From assembly GCA_034429675.1 (NCBI GenBank), contig DAOUFX010000184.1, positions 1 to 62,310 on the forward strand: a stretch of DNA of 62,310 bases, given 5' to 3'. Positions 38,145 to 46,594 of this stretch are shown here, in pieces. How positions within the stretch are numbered: the stretch's first letter is position 1; each line of letters opens with the position of its first letter. Below the pieces are notes generated by a model. The model had not been told where the DNA came from. It was given only the letters and a program-made list of their open reading frames with translations, and did no database searches. The DNA is from Anaerolineae bacterium. GTDB taxonomy: Bacteria; Chloroflexota; Anaerolineae; B4-G1; SLSP01. The position numbers and the translations under genes are program-made.

Positions 38145-39262
38145 TGAACGAGGCATCCCAACCCTCTAACTCAGGCAGTATCGCCTGGGATACTCCTCCC
38201 CTTCTGCGCATTTCGGTGCGGTTTGCAGTCTGGGTATGGCGTTGGAACAGTGATCATGCGGGACAGCGCCCGTTGTTGGGCCGTTTTGCCTCACACATAT
38301 CCGTCGGTTTGATGCTGGCGCTGATTTTGCTTGTAGCCGGTCTGCAAGTGGATGCCCTCGTAACTGCTTCTGAAGCTGCAGATATGGCATTGCTGGGCGG
38401 TCAAGCGCAGGCTATGAATGTTATTTCTGCTCCTACGCGGCGTGTTTATTACCGTGGGGGAGTACAGTCGTTGATTGTGCGCCAGGCGCAATCCCACACA
38501 GCGATTCCTGATCGTCCCCGTTTGGAGATCATTACCTACGAAGTGCAGGCCGGTGAAACTGCCGAAACGATTGCTGCCACTTTCAATTTACAACCCACAA
38601 CCTTATTGTGGTCGAACCCTGAAATGGAAAAGTCTCCCGATTTGTTGAAAGTGGGTCAGACGTTGATCATTTTGCCGTTGGATGGGGTTTACCATACAAT
38701 TGCCATCAGTGAGACGTTGGAAATGTTGGCGGAAAAATATAAGGTTGAAGTGGATGTAATTGTGAATTGCCCCTTCAACACAATCCCCAAAAACCGCGAG
38801 CTTGTAGTCGGTGAGAAACTGATCATCCCCGGCGGCCAAAAGCCTTATGAGGTGCGTAAGGTAACCACGTATGAGGGCCCGGTGACCGATGACGCCGCCG
38901 GTTCCGGGACGTTCTACTGGCCGGCTTCAGGGGTTCTGACGCAAGGTTATTGGTATGCGCACCGTGCCATTGACATCGGGGCTTCGGTTGGAACGGCGAT
39001 CATTGCATCGGATTCGGGTTATGTTAGCTTTGCCGGATGGACGGACATTGGGTACGGTTATCTGGTTGTTATCAATCACGCCAATGGTTATCAGACCTAT
39101 TATGCGCATTTGAGTGATATTTTCGTGAGCGAAGGCGAAATGGTATATGGTGGACAAGTGATCGGCGCGATGGGAAGTACCGGCAATTCCACCGGACCGC
39201 ATCTCCATTTTGAGATTCGCTATAATGGGTATCCGACAAATCCAAGAATCTATTTACCTTAG
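38141..39262 (+). CDS. LysM-domain M23 family metallopeptidase (paralog 2)
   Basis: Same architecture as paralog 1 (YEVQAGETAETIAATF, HTIAISETLEMLAEKY, HRAIDI, GSTGNSTGPHLHFEIR). ATGA overlap with paralog 1. Confidence 0.85.
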   Translation: MMNEASQPSNSGSIAWDTPPLLRISVRFAVWVWRWNSDHAGQRPLLGRFASHISVGLMLALILLVAGLQVDALVTASEAADMALLGGQAQAMNVISAPTRRVYYRGGVQSLIVRQAQSHTAIPDRPRLEIITYEVQAGETAETIAATFNLQPTTLLWSNPEMEKSPDLLKVGQTLIILPLDGVYHTIAISETLEMLAEKYKVEVDVIVNCPFNTIPKNRELVVGEKLIIPGGQKPYEVRKVTTYEGPVTDDAAGSGTFYWPASGVLTQGYWYAHRAIDIGASVGTAIIASDSGYVSFAGWTDIGYGYLVVINHANGYQTYYAHLSDIFVSEGEMVYGGQVIGAMGSTGNSTGPHLHFEIRYNGYPTNPRIYLP

Positions 39263-39285
39263 TTGCAACTGTTATGGCCCTAACA

Positions 39286-39318
39286 AAAACGGGGAGGTGA
39301 TCATCACCTCCCCGTTTT
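39286..39318. terminator. bidirectional intrinsic terminator (A-tract, 15-bp stem, T-tract)
   Basis: AAAACGGGGAGGTGA (39286-39300) pairs with TCACCTCCCCGTTTT (39304-39318), between the convergent M23 paralog 2 and lysS. Confidence 0.8.
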
Positions 39319-39334
39319 ATGTTCCCTGACTTTC

Positions 39335-40843
39335 TTAAACGTCCCGTGAGCGTAGGTGGGGGTACAGCAAGACTTCTCGTATTGAATGTTTATCACTAAA
39401 GAGCATGGCCAGGCGATCAACACCGAGTCCGAATCCGCCGCATGGCGGCATGCCATATTTCATGGCACGCAGATAATCTTCATCCAGAGGATGTTCTTCC
39501 TCATCTCCTGTTCCCTGCGTATGGTCCTGCCGCGAGAAACGTTTTTCCTGTTCAAAGGGGTCATTCAGTTCCGTGAAGGCATTTCCTGTTTCTATGCCGC
39601 CGATGAAGACCTCAAAACGTTCGACGTGAGATGGATCGTCGGGTTTCTGCTTTGCAAGCGGCGATATCTCGATAGGGTAGTCGTAAACAAAAGTGGGTTG
39701 GATCAATTCCGATTCTACTTCAGAAAGCAGATTGTCTACCAGATGTCCCCAACTAGACTTCGCAGCAGCTTCATATCCCTGTTTGCGCATCTCGGCGCGC
39801 AAGGTATCGGCATCTGGATATTCTCGATAGTCAATGCCGGTTCCCTGTTGGATGAGCTCTCGCAGGCTGACACGCTTCCAAGGCGGCGTCAAATCAATTT
39901 CATGGCCATTGTAGTGGATTTTTGATGTTCCCAAAACTTGTTGGGCGGCGTGGGAGATCAACTGTTCCACGGTTTCCATCATGCCGAATAGATCCGTATA
40001 GGCGCAGTAGAGTTCAAGTTGCGTGAATTCGGGATTGTGTTTGTATGAAACTCCCTCATTGCGGAAATCCCGGCCGATTTCGTAGACGCGCTCGTACATA
40101 CCCACAAGGAGGCGTTTAAGATACAATTCAAACGATATCCGCAGGTAGAGCGATTGTTTGAGTTGATTGTGATAGGTGGTGAAAGGACGTGCAGCTGCGC
40201 CGCCGTAGATGGGTTGAAGGATGGGCGTTTCTACTTCCAGGTATTCATGGTTGTCCAACCATGTTCGTAGGGCGCTAATCGTCCGTGATCGAGTACGAAA
40301 GATTTCACGCACTTCGGGATTGACGGCCAGGTCAGCGTAGCGTTGTCGGTATCGCTCTTCAATATCTGAAAAAGCACTGTTCCGCGTAAGAGCCCCCTCC
40401 TTTTCATATTCTTTGGGTATAGGAAGTGGTGTAATTGCCTTCGCTAACATTCTCAAAGTCCGGGCATGAACGCTGATTTCACCGCTGCGAGTGCGCATCA
40501 GCGAACCGCTTGCCTCGACAAAATCGCCCAGATCGTAGGCTTTTTTGAATAACTCGAAACTTTCTTCGCCTAAGTCGTCGAGGCGTAAAAAGAGTTGAAT
40601 CTTTCCAGACCCATCTTCGATGTGCGCAAACGCTACTTTGCCCATCAAGCGAATGCTGATTAACCTGCCGACGACGGTGACGTCAGAAACAGTTGTCTGC
40701 TGTTTTTCCGCTTCTTCGTAGACGTTCATCGCTTGCATCGCTGTGTGAGTGCGGTTGGTGCGATGTGGGTAAGGTGAGAGCCCGGCCATTGTTAATAATT
40801 CGATTTTCTCGGCACGCTGTTGTTCCAGATCGTTTAGGTCCAT
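39335..40843 (-). CDS. lysS: lysine--tRNA ligase (class II)
   Basis: OB-fold N-domain (VTVVGRLISIRLMGKVAFAHIEDGSGKIQLF). Class II motifs FRNEG.S..HNPEFT..E.Y and GG.G.G.DRL.M. Confidence 0.95.
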   Translation of the reverse strand: MDLNDLEQQRAEKIELLTMAGLSPYPHRTNRTHTAMQAMNVYEEAEKQQTTVSDVTVVGRLISIRLMGKVAFAHIEDGSGKIQLFLRLDDLGEESFELFKKAYDLGDFVEASGSLMRTRSGEISVHARTLRMLAKAITPLPIPKEYEKEGALTRNSAFSDIEERYRQRYADLAVNPEVREIFRTRSRTISALRTWLDNHEYLEVETPILQPIYGGAAARPFTTYHNQLKQSLYLRISFELYLKRLLVGMYERVYEIGRDFRNEGVSYKHNPEFTQLELYCAYTDLFGMMETVEQLISHAAQQVLGTSKIHYNGHEIDLTPPWKRVSLRELIQQGTGIDYREYPDADTLRAEMRKQGYEAAAKSSWGHLVDNLLSEVESELIQPTFVYDYPIEISPLAKQKPDDPSHVERFEVFIGGIETGNAFTELNDPFEQEKRFSRQDHTQGTGDEEEHPLDEDYLRAMKYGMPPCGGFGLGVDRLAMLFSDKHSIREVLLYPHLRSRDV

Positions 40844-40903
40844 TGGATAACTCCTGTTCTCAGAGTCGAGATAAGTGTTCCATACACGTTTGGCTTCTAT
40901 AAA

Positions 40904-40932
40904 ACAAGCCCATACACAGCGTATGGGCTTGT
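40904..40932 (-). terminator. terminator-like hairpin downstream of greA
   Basis: ACAAGCCCATAC pairs with GTATGGGCTTGT (12-bp stem). On the minus strand it is followed by TTTATAG, a short T-tract. Confidence 0.45.
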
Positions 40933-40951
40933 CCTTATGATTTGGATCTGT

Positions 40952-41422
40952 TTACTTGATCAGTACGATCTCAAAGACAATATCCCCATCCGGCGCCTGC
41001 ACTGTGGCCTTGTCGCCTATCTGCTTGCCCAGCAACGCTTTACCCAGTGGAGACTCGTTGGAAATCTTGCCATTAGCGGGGTCGGCCTCAGTGGATCCAA
41101 CGATGTAATATACCTCGGTGTCGTCTGTGCCGGTTTCTTTGACTGTGACATAGCTTCCGATTCCGACAAAGCCTTTAGGAGCAAGTGTTTCGATGATAAC
41201 TGCTTTGCGCAACTGTTCTTCAAACGCCAGGATGCGTCCCTCAACAAAAGATTGTTCGCGCCGTGCATCTTCCAGCTCCGCATTCTCGATGAGCTCGCCT
41301 TCCCCTAATGCTGCGTGCAAACGTTCCGCCACTTGTTGCCGACGAACCGTTTTCAGGTATTGTAATTCTTCTTCTAAGGCTCGGTATCCTGCTTCTGTAA
41401 GATACACCGGACTTTTGCTCAT
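40952..41422 (-). CDS. greA: transcription elongation factor GreA
   Basis: ...LTEAGYRALEEELQYLK...R..VAE.L..A...G.L.ENAE. and a C-terminal SNESPLGKALLGK..GD. Confidence 0.94.
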   Translation of the reverse strand: MSKSPVYLTEAGYRALEEELQYLKTVRRQQVAERLHAALGEGELIENAELEDARREQSFVEGRILAFEEQLRKAVIIETLAPKGFVGIGSYVTVKETGTDDTEVYYIVGSTEADPANGKISNESPLGKALLGKQIGDKATVQAPDGDIVFEIVLIK

Positions 41423-41661
41423 GAAGTTGCTTCCTCCAACGTGAATACATTCTATGTGTCTTATATAAAAGAAAAACCCGAGAGCGTTACACGCTCACAG
41501 GCCAGCCAATATTAACATACTTCCCGGATTTGTAAAGCCAGTGGGGCGTGTGGCACGCCAGTCGGGCACTGTTCTAAAAACAGAGGCTCGTTGGGGAAGT
41601 TTATGTAGGTACTGTGAGTCTGGTTTTGATAGGACTTGTGGCATCGATGCAGGTAAGCGGT

Positions 41662-42921
41662 TTAGGAGGCCGAAGGGGGCATATTTGAAGGGGCGCCAGG
41701 AGCTTTTGTTGCCATCAGCGACGGCACAATTGGCAAGGTAAAATAGAAGGTGCTGCCTTTGCCGATCTCACTTCTGACTCCGATTTGTCCCTGGTGCGCC
41801 TCTACAATTTGGCGTGCGACAACAAGCCCCAATCCTGTTCCTGTTGCTTTGCTTTCGCCCCCTGGTAGACGCGAGAATTTGCGGAAGAGTTTGGAGATTT
41901 GATCCGCCGGGATGCCTGGGCCGGTGTCTGTAACTTCGATAACTATTTGCTGATCTTCTGCATAGGCTTTAACGATGATGGTATCTCCAGGGTCGGAATA
42001 TTTCACTGCGTTGCTGAGTAGATTGAGTAAGACCTGGTGGATGCGTTGTGCGTCTCCTGTGGTCTCAGGTAGAGTATCGGGCATTTCTACTTGCACATGG
42101 CGCGACTTTCCTTCAGCTGATGGTTTGATGACATTGGTGGAGAGCTCGATAACATTGGGAATTTTTAAGACATCTTGGGCCATCTGAACTCGTCCCGATT
42201 CCAGCCGCGCCAAATCCAGGAAGGTGGTCGCCAACTCGTTGACTCGCTCTGTTTCGTGTTGGATAATGTCAGCGAACTTTTCGCGCGTTGCCTCATTCAG
42301 GTCTGGCCTTTGCAACAATTCGGCATAGGAGAGGATTGCCGTCAATGGTGTGCGGATTTCATGGATCACTTCGGAGACCCAATCGCTTTGTTCGAAGAGG
42401 CGGGCATTTTCTACAGCTACCGCCGCAATGCTTGCCAGAGTCTCCAGGGTTTCCATATCCTGGCGGGTAAAACTGTAACGCGCTTTCATGGTAACCGACT
42501 CCAGTACCCCGATGACTTTGTCGCCAAAGATCATTGGGACAGCGATAATGGACTGGGTAGCATCAATGGTTTTGATGCTATAGAGTCGGGAATCCGACTG
42601 GGCGTCTTCTACGATTGCCATCTCGCGATTCTTTACGACCCACCCGGCCAGACTACCTTTCACAGGGACTTCCATCACTTCCAGGATTTGAGATCCCGGC
42701 CCCGCTGTAGCTGCAAATCGCAAAGTTTCTTCGTTTTCCATCAACAAAATCGAAGCCCCATCCGCATGGGTGAGTTGATGCGCCGAATCTACAATTTGTT
42801 GGAGCAATCTCCGCATTTCAAGGGTCGAATTGAGGCGGCGGCTGATACTAATCAGTTGTTCCAATACCACCACTTTTTGCTCAAGTTGTTTGTAATCTTT
42901 CGAGTTCATAAGTTTTCTCAT
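41662..42921 (-). CDS. GAF-domain sensor histidine kinase (cytoplasmic)
   Basis: Coiled-coil followed by GAF (LLQQIVDSAHQLTHADGASILLME...AVPMIFGDKVIGVLE). H-box SEVIHEIRTPLTAI. N/G boxes LLNLLSNAVKY, DTGPGIP and GTGLGL. No TM segment. The ATG at 42921 overlaps the upstream stop by 1 nt (TGATG). Confidence 0.88.
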   Translation of the reverse strand: MRKLMNSKDYKQLEQKVVVLEQLISISRRLNSTLEMRRLLQQIVDSAHQLTHADGASILLMENEETLRFAATAGPGSQILEVMEVPVKGSLAGWVVKNREMAIVEDAQSDSRLYSIKTIDATQSIIAVPMIFGDKVIGVLESVTMKARYSFTRQDMETLETLASIAAVAVENARLFEQSDWVSEVIHEIRTPLTAILSYAELLQRPDLNEATREKFADIIQHETERVNELATTFLDLARLESGRVQMAQDVLKIPNVIELSTNVIKPSAEGKSRHVQVEMPDTLPETTGDAQRIHQVLLNLLSNAVKYSDPGDTIIVKAYAEDQQIVIEVTDTGPGIPADQISKLFRKFSRLPGGESKATGTGLGLVVARQIVEAHQGQIGVRSEIGKGSTFYFTLPIVPSLMATKAPGAPSNMPPSAS

Positions 42922-44066
42922 CAATTTTTTGCAATTGATTGTATCACAAGCTGCACTTGTTGTGAAATTTGCCCTTCGGGTTGTAACAATACTATGGGAG
43001 TGGCTTTTTGGATACTTTCGTGGGCAAGATCTGGGGCAGGGGGGATCTTGCTGATTGGCACGCGTTGGAGTTGCTGTTCGATGGTTTTGTAGTCAGGCAG
43101 TGTCGTTGTTGTGCGGTTGATCAACACGATTTGAGTTTTGTCGGCAACTGTCTGGCTTTCGAGACTTTTTAGCATCTCTTTTGCCAGGCTGATGCCGACA
43201 GGAGTTGGTTCCAGTGTCATTACGATGCTATTGGCAACTCTCAACGCTTCTGTCGTCGCTTCATCCAGGATGGGCGGCAGATCAAGTAGCAGATAGTCGT
43301 AGTCGGCGGCCAAATAGCGCAGAATAGTGCGAACTCGTTCCTTGGTGATTGCTGGACCGGTACCCATGGGTTGCGCTGTACTGAGGAGCACATGAATGCC
43401 GGTGTTGTGCTGTATCAGGGCTGCCTGAATACTCTCTTTGTTCAGCCCCAGAATGGGTTGTTCCATCAAGGTTTGGATATTGCCGGTTGTTGTTGCCAAT
43501 CCCAGATGCATGGCGATAACGCCGCTGCCGTCTTTTAGCTCAACGAGCGCTATTTGTTTGTTCGGTTGGCGGCGTTTCAGTTCCAGTGCAGCATTGACGA
43601 TGAGGGTGGTGGTGCCAATCCCTCCTTTGGCCGGCAAAAAGGCGAGAATACACCCTTTTTGAAGCTCGGAAGAGATTTGTGTTTTGCGTTGCAGGAGCGT
43701 TTCGACGCGGGTAATCAGTTCCGCCGGATGGATGGGCTTGGTGAGATAGTCGTCTGCACCTGCCTGAAACCCGGCAATTTTGTCGTTGATGGCCGTTTTT
43801 GCCGTGAACATCAGGATCGGAATGGTTTGGGTGGCCGATTCTTTGCGCAATTGCATGGTAACTTTGTATCCATCCATATCCGGCATCATCACATCCAGAA
43901 TGATGAGCTCCGGTTGGGTTTCCAAAGCTTTATCGAGGGTTTGTTGTCCTGAAGTCGCGGTGATAACTTCGTATCCCTTGCGCTCTAGCATCAGACCAAC
44001 GAGCCGCAACGCATCCATATCGTCGTCGGCGACCAAAATTCTATGTGCTGCCATAGGCACGCTCAC
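42921..44066 (-). CDS. response-regulator receiver fused to CpaE/TadZ-like (ParA/MinD-superfamily) ATPase domain
   Basis: REC: ILVADDD...IILDVMMPDMDG...TAK...DYLTKP. ATPase: FLPAKGGIGTTTLIVNAA, a deviant Walker A with the signature Lys but no GK[ST] Lys, and Walker B DYDYLLLDLPP. The start (GTG 44066 or ATG 44054) is uncertain. Confidence 0.8.
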   Translation of the reverse strand: MSVPMAAHRILVADDDMDALRLVGLMLERKGYEVITATSGQQTLDKALETQPELIILDVMMPDMDGYKVTMQLRKESATQTIPILMFTAKTAINDKIAGFQAGADDYLTKPIHPAELITRVETLLQRKTQISSELQKGCILAFLPAKGGIGTTTLIVNAALELKRRQPNKQIALVELKDGSGVIAMHLGLATTTGNIQTLMEQPILGLNKESIQAALIQHNTGIHVLLSTAQPMGTGPAITKERVRTILRYLAADYDYLLLDLPPILDEATTEALRVANSIVMTLEPTPVGISLAKEMLKSLESQTVADKTQIVLINRTTTTLPDYKTIEQQLQRVPISKIPPAPDLAHESIQKATPIVLLQPEGQISQQVQLVIQSIAKN

Positions 44067-44163
44067 TTTCTTTATCTGTTTTAACGTTTCCGAGCATGTC
44101 TTCCGTGCTCATTTTGCATAATTCCAGGTCAAAGCCCGACACTTACCATTTTACTGAGTATCT

Positions 44164-44191
44164 ATTATACCGTGTAGATTGTGGGTATCAA
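44164..44191 (-). promoter_or_regulatory. sigma70 promoter candidate (TTGATA-16-TATAAT on minus strand) for the REC-ATPase/kinase operon
   Basis: The reverse complement of 44186-44191 is TTGATA and of 44164-44169 is TATAAT. It sits just downstream of the dnaA terminator. Confidence 0.45.
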
Positions 44192-44210
44192 GTTTGTTTT
44201 TTTAAAACAA

Positions 44211-44240
44211 AAACACAGGAGCCATAGACCTCCTGTGTTT
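44211..44240 (-). terminator. rho-independent terminator of dnaA
   Basis: AAACACAGGAG (44211-44221) pairs with CTCCTGTGTTT (44230-44240). On the minus strand it is followed by TTGTTTTAAAAAAA. Confidence 0.7.
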
Positions 44241-44273
44241 CATTTTCAGGTATTGTGAAAATGAGGCACCGTC

Positions 44274-45617
44274 TTAATTCTGTCCGTATAATTGCGCTTT
44301 AATGGTCATAACTTCACGTTTGAACTGGTCATCTTGTTCAAGACGGGCGCGTACTCGCTGGTAGCCATAGAGAATCGTCGTATGATCGCGTCCACCCAAT
44401 TCCGCTCCTATTTGCGGCAGCGAGGCATGGGTTTCTTCACGCAGTAAGTACATAGCGATTTGTCGGGGTTCCGCAACGCGGCGACTACGGCGTTTTCCAC
44501 AGATTTCGTCTTTTGACACACCGTAGTAAACGGCGATGGTGCCGATGATCTCGTTGGGGGAGATGTCTGGTCGGTTCGGCAGCAAGTCTGCCAGCGCTTT
44601 TTCGACAATAGATTGTGTGAGCGGCAATCCAGTGAGGTTGGTCATAGCCAACACCCGATTGAGCGCGCCTTCCAATTCACGAATGTTGCTCTCGACATTG
44701 GTTGCAATGTAGCTTAGAATGTCGTTGGAGACATTCACGCCAAGTTGTTCGGCTTTCGACTGTAGGATTGCTACACGGGTTTCGTAATCCGGTGGTTGGA
44801 TGTCTACAATGAGTCCCCATTCAAAACGAGAACGTAGACGCTCTTCCAATGTGACCATAGCTTTGGGGGTGCGGTCGCTGCTGAGGACAATTTGGCGTTG
44901 GGTGTCACGCAGGGCGTTGAAGGTGTGGAAGAATTCTTCTTGTGTACTTTCTTTGCCCGCAATGAACTGGATGTCGTCTACGAGAAGTACATCTGCGGTG
45001 CGGTATTTCTCTCGAAAGGATTCGGTGGTGTGCGTGCGGATGGCTTCGATGAGATCATTGGTGAAGGTTTCAGAGGATATGTAGAGCACCTGCATGCCCC
45101 GTTTGCAGCAGGTGTGACCGATTGCGTGTAACAGATGGGTTTTGCCTAAGCCCACCCCCCCGTGGATGAAAAGTGGGTTGTAGGCTCTGGACGGGGCTTC
45201 GGAAACGGCTTGCGAAGCGGCTTGCGCCAGACGGTTGCTGGACCCCACAACAAAACTTCGAAATGTGTAATCAGGATTGAGCCCTGGGTCTTGAATGGGC
45301 ATTGACATAGCAAACTCCATTTCTTGAAGCAGGGGTGCGGGAGCATGATTGGCCATCGTATCTTCCCATACGATGAAACGCGCCTGCATCTCTTCCCCTG
45401 TGATGCGTTGTAAGGTACGTTGAATCAGCGCATAAAGACGGTGTTCTAACCATTCCACCGCATAGCCATTTTTGACCCCAACAATCAAGGTGTCGTTGTT
45501 CTCAGTTCCGATGCAATGCGTGTCGCGCAGCCATGTGTCAAAGGTTGCGCGTGTCATCTGCAATTCGAGTTCGCCGAGCGCTGTTTTCCACAGCTTTTGA
45601 TGTTTCCCGTTGTTCAT
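44274..45617 (-). CDS. dnaA: chromosomal replication initiator protein DnaA
   Basis: NPLFIHGGVGLGKTHLLHAIG (Walker A), LLVDDIQF (Walker B), sensor/box VII, and C-terminal DNA-binding domain R..R.IAMYL.RE.T..SLP.IG..GGRDHTT. I prefer the ATG at 45617 (AAGGTGG 5 nt upstream) over the GTG at 45626. Confidence 0.95.
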   Translation of the reverse strand: MNNGKHQKLWKTALGELELQMTRATFDTWLRDTHCIGTENNDTLIVGVKNGYAVEWLEHRLYALIQRTLQRITGEEMQARFIVWEDTMANHAPAPLLQEMEFAMSMPIQDPGLNPDYTFRSFVVGSSNRLAQAASQAVSEAPSRAYNPLFIHGGVGLGKTHLLHAIGHTCCKRGMQVLYISSETFTNDLIEAIRTHTTESFREKYRTADVLLVDDIQFIAGKESTQEEFFHTFNALRDTQRQIVLSSDRTPKAMVTLEERLRSRFEWGLIVDIQPPDYETRVAILQSKAEQLGVNVSNDILSYIATNVESNIRELEGALNRVLAMTNLTGLPLTQSIVEKALADLLPNRPDISPNEIIGTIAVYYGVSKDEICGKRRSRRVAEPRQIAMYLLREETHASLPQIGAELGGRDHTTILYGYQRVRARLEQDDQFKREVMTIKAQLYGQN

Positions 45618-45626
45618 AAAATCCAC

Positions 45627-46021
45627 CTTGAGGTTTTGTCACACACCCACCTTATGATGTGTGCATTGATAGGCTGATCACCACTTGGGCCTGCTAAGAG
45701 GAATTTTGGTTTTGGGAACCGTATCCTTCGTGACCATGTACATTCTACCAAAAAAGACGGATTGTGGCAATGCAAAACGAGTCTTTTTACCTTAAAAACT
45801 ACTAAGTTTTAATATTGCTTTTTTGTTTGTGAATAGCAATCTTGCTTATCGGTATAGGTATGAACTTCCTATAGTTCTGCTACTATATGTGCCGTTTTCT
45901 GTGTGGAAAGGGGTTGGGATAACACGGTAAGGAATTGTTTTTACCAGGGCAGTTTGTGGGAACTCAGATGTCAATCTACTTTTATTTTGCTGTTGTTGCT
46001 AAGGCTCCAAAAACTTACTTT
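45627..46021. other. candidate oriC / dnaA control region (AT-rich, degenerate DnaA boxes)
   Basis: A 395-nt non-coding stretch upstream of dnaA with an AT-rich core at ~45781-45900. Boxes with 2-3 mismatches to TGTGGATAA lie at 45763-45771, 45828-45836, 45902-45910, 45955-45963 and, inverted, at 45914-45922. No perfect box was seen. Confidence 0.3.
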
Positions 46022-46594
46022 TCAAGGGCGTCGCCGACTTTCTCTCAGGTTGACCCGACCTTCTTCTATTTGTCGCGAGAGGGCCATCCAATCCTCGACC
46101 GGCAGAATGAGGGTCTTTTCGTGAGGATGGAGTAAGTACGGATGCATCCAGAACTTGAGCCACCACAAAGGCATGGGGAACGCCTTCAAGTCAACGGCAA
46201 CGACTGTGCGTCCCCAGATGCTCTGATACATGGCCCAGCGTGCACGTTTCTCTTTCTCGGGTGGGAAGATGGTATTAAACATGACCGGACGGGTCATGGT
46301 TACCCGTCCATAGGAGAAGCTTATCGGAAGAAAGGGTGTGTGAATAACGAAATGTTGTTTGTGCAGTCGTATGCATGCCAGGCGTGCCATAAGCGCATAA
46401 ACCGCCAGCAGCCCGCCGATAAGGGTAATGCCTAGCGTCAATGCTCTAAGACGTGGATCTGGCAGGGAGAGATTGGGAGCGACCCACCACAAACCAACCC
46501 CGCCGGGGATCAACCAGAGGGCAGGGCCAAACCAGCGCTTGGCTAGAACCTGATAGGGAAGCAATCGAAACTGGGTTCTGGGTTTTCGACTCAT
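46022..46594 (-). CDS. hypothetical membrane protein (two TM helices + soluble C-domain, possibly bPH-like)
   Basis: TM segments ALWLIPGGVGLWWV and LTLGITLIGGLLAVYALMA. The ATG at 46594 forms an ATGA overlap with the nth stop. The track ORF start at 46681 lies inside nth. Confidence 0.55.
   Translation of the reverse strand: MSRKPRTQFRLLPYQVLAKRWFGPALWLIPGGVGLWWVAPNLSLPDPRLRALTLGITLIGGLLAVYALMARLACIRLHKQHFVIHTPFLPISFSYGRVTMTRPVMFNTIFPPEKEKRARWAMYQSIWGRTVVAVDLKAFPMPLWWLKFWMHPYLLHPHEKTLILPVEDWMALSRQIEEGRVNLRESRRRP

Noticed and set aside
41423-41661. 239-nt gap between the GAF kinase stop and the greA start, with small hairpins (GAGCGT/ACGCTC at 41482-41496; GGCGTG/CACGCC near 41564-41578). Considered as an sRNA locus.
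   Set aside because: It contains only short stems and has no clear promoter-plus-terminator pair. It most simply holds the greA promoter and a weak terminator for the kinase operon.
44180-44188. DnaA-box-like TGTGGGTAT overlapping the -35 of the REC-ATPase operon promoter. Considered as evidence for DnaA control, or for an origin downstream of dnaA.
   Set aside because: It is a single site with 2 mismatches and no neighbouring boxes or AT-rich unwinding element. By eye it is indistinguishable from chance.
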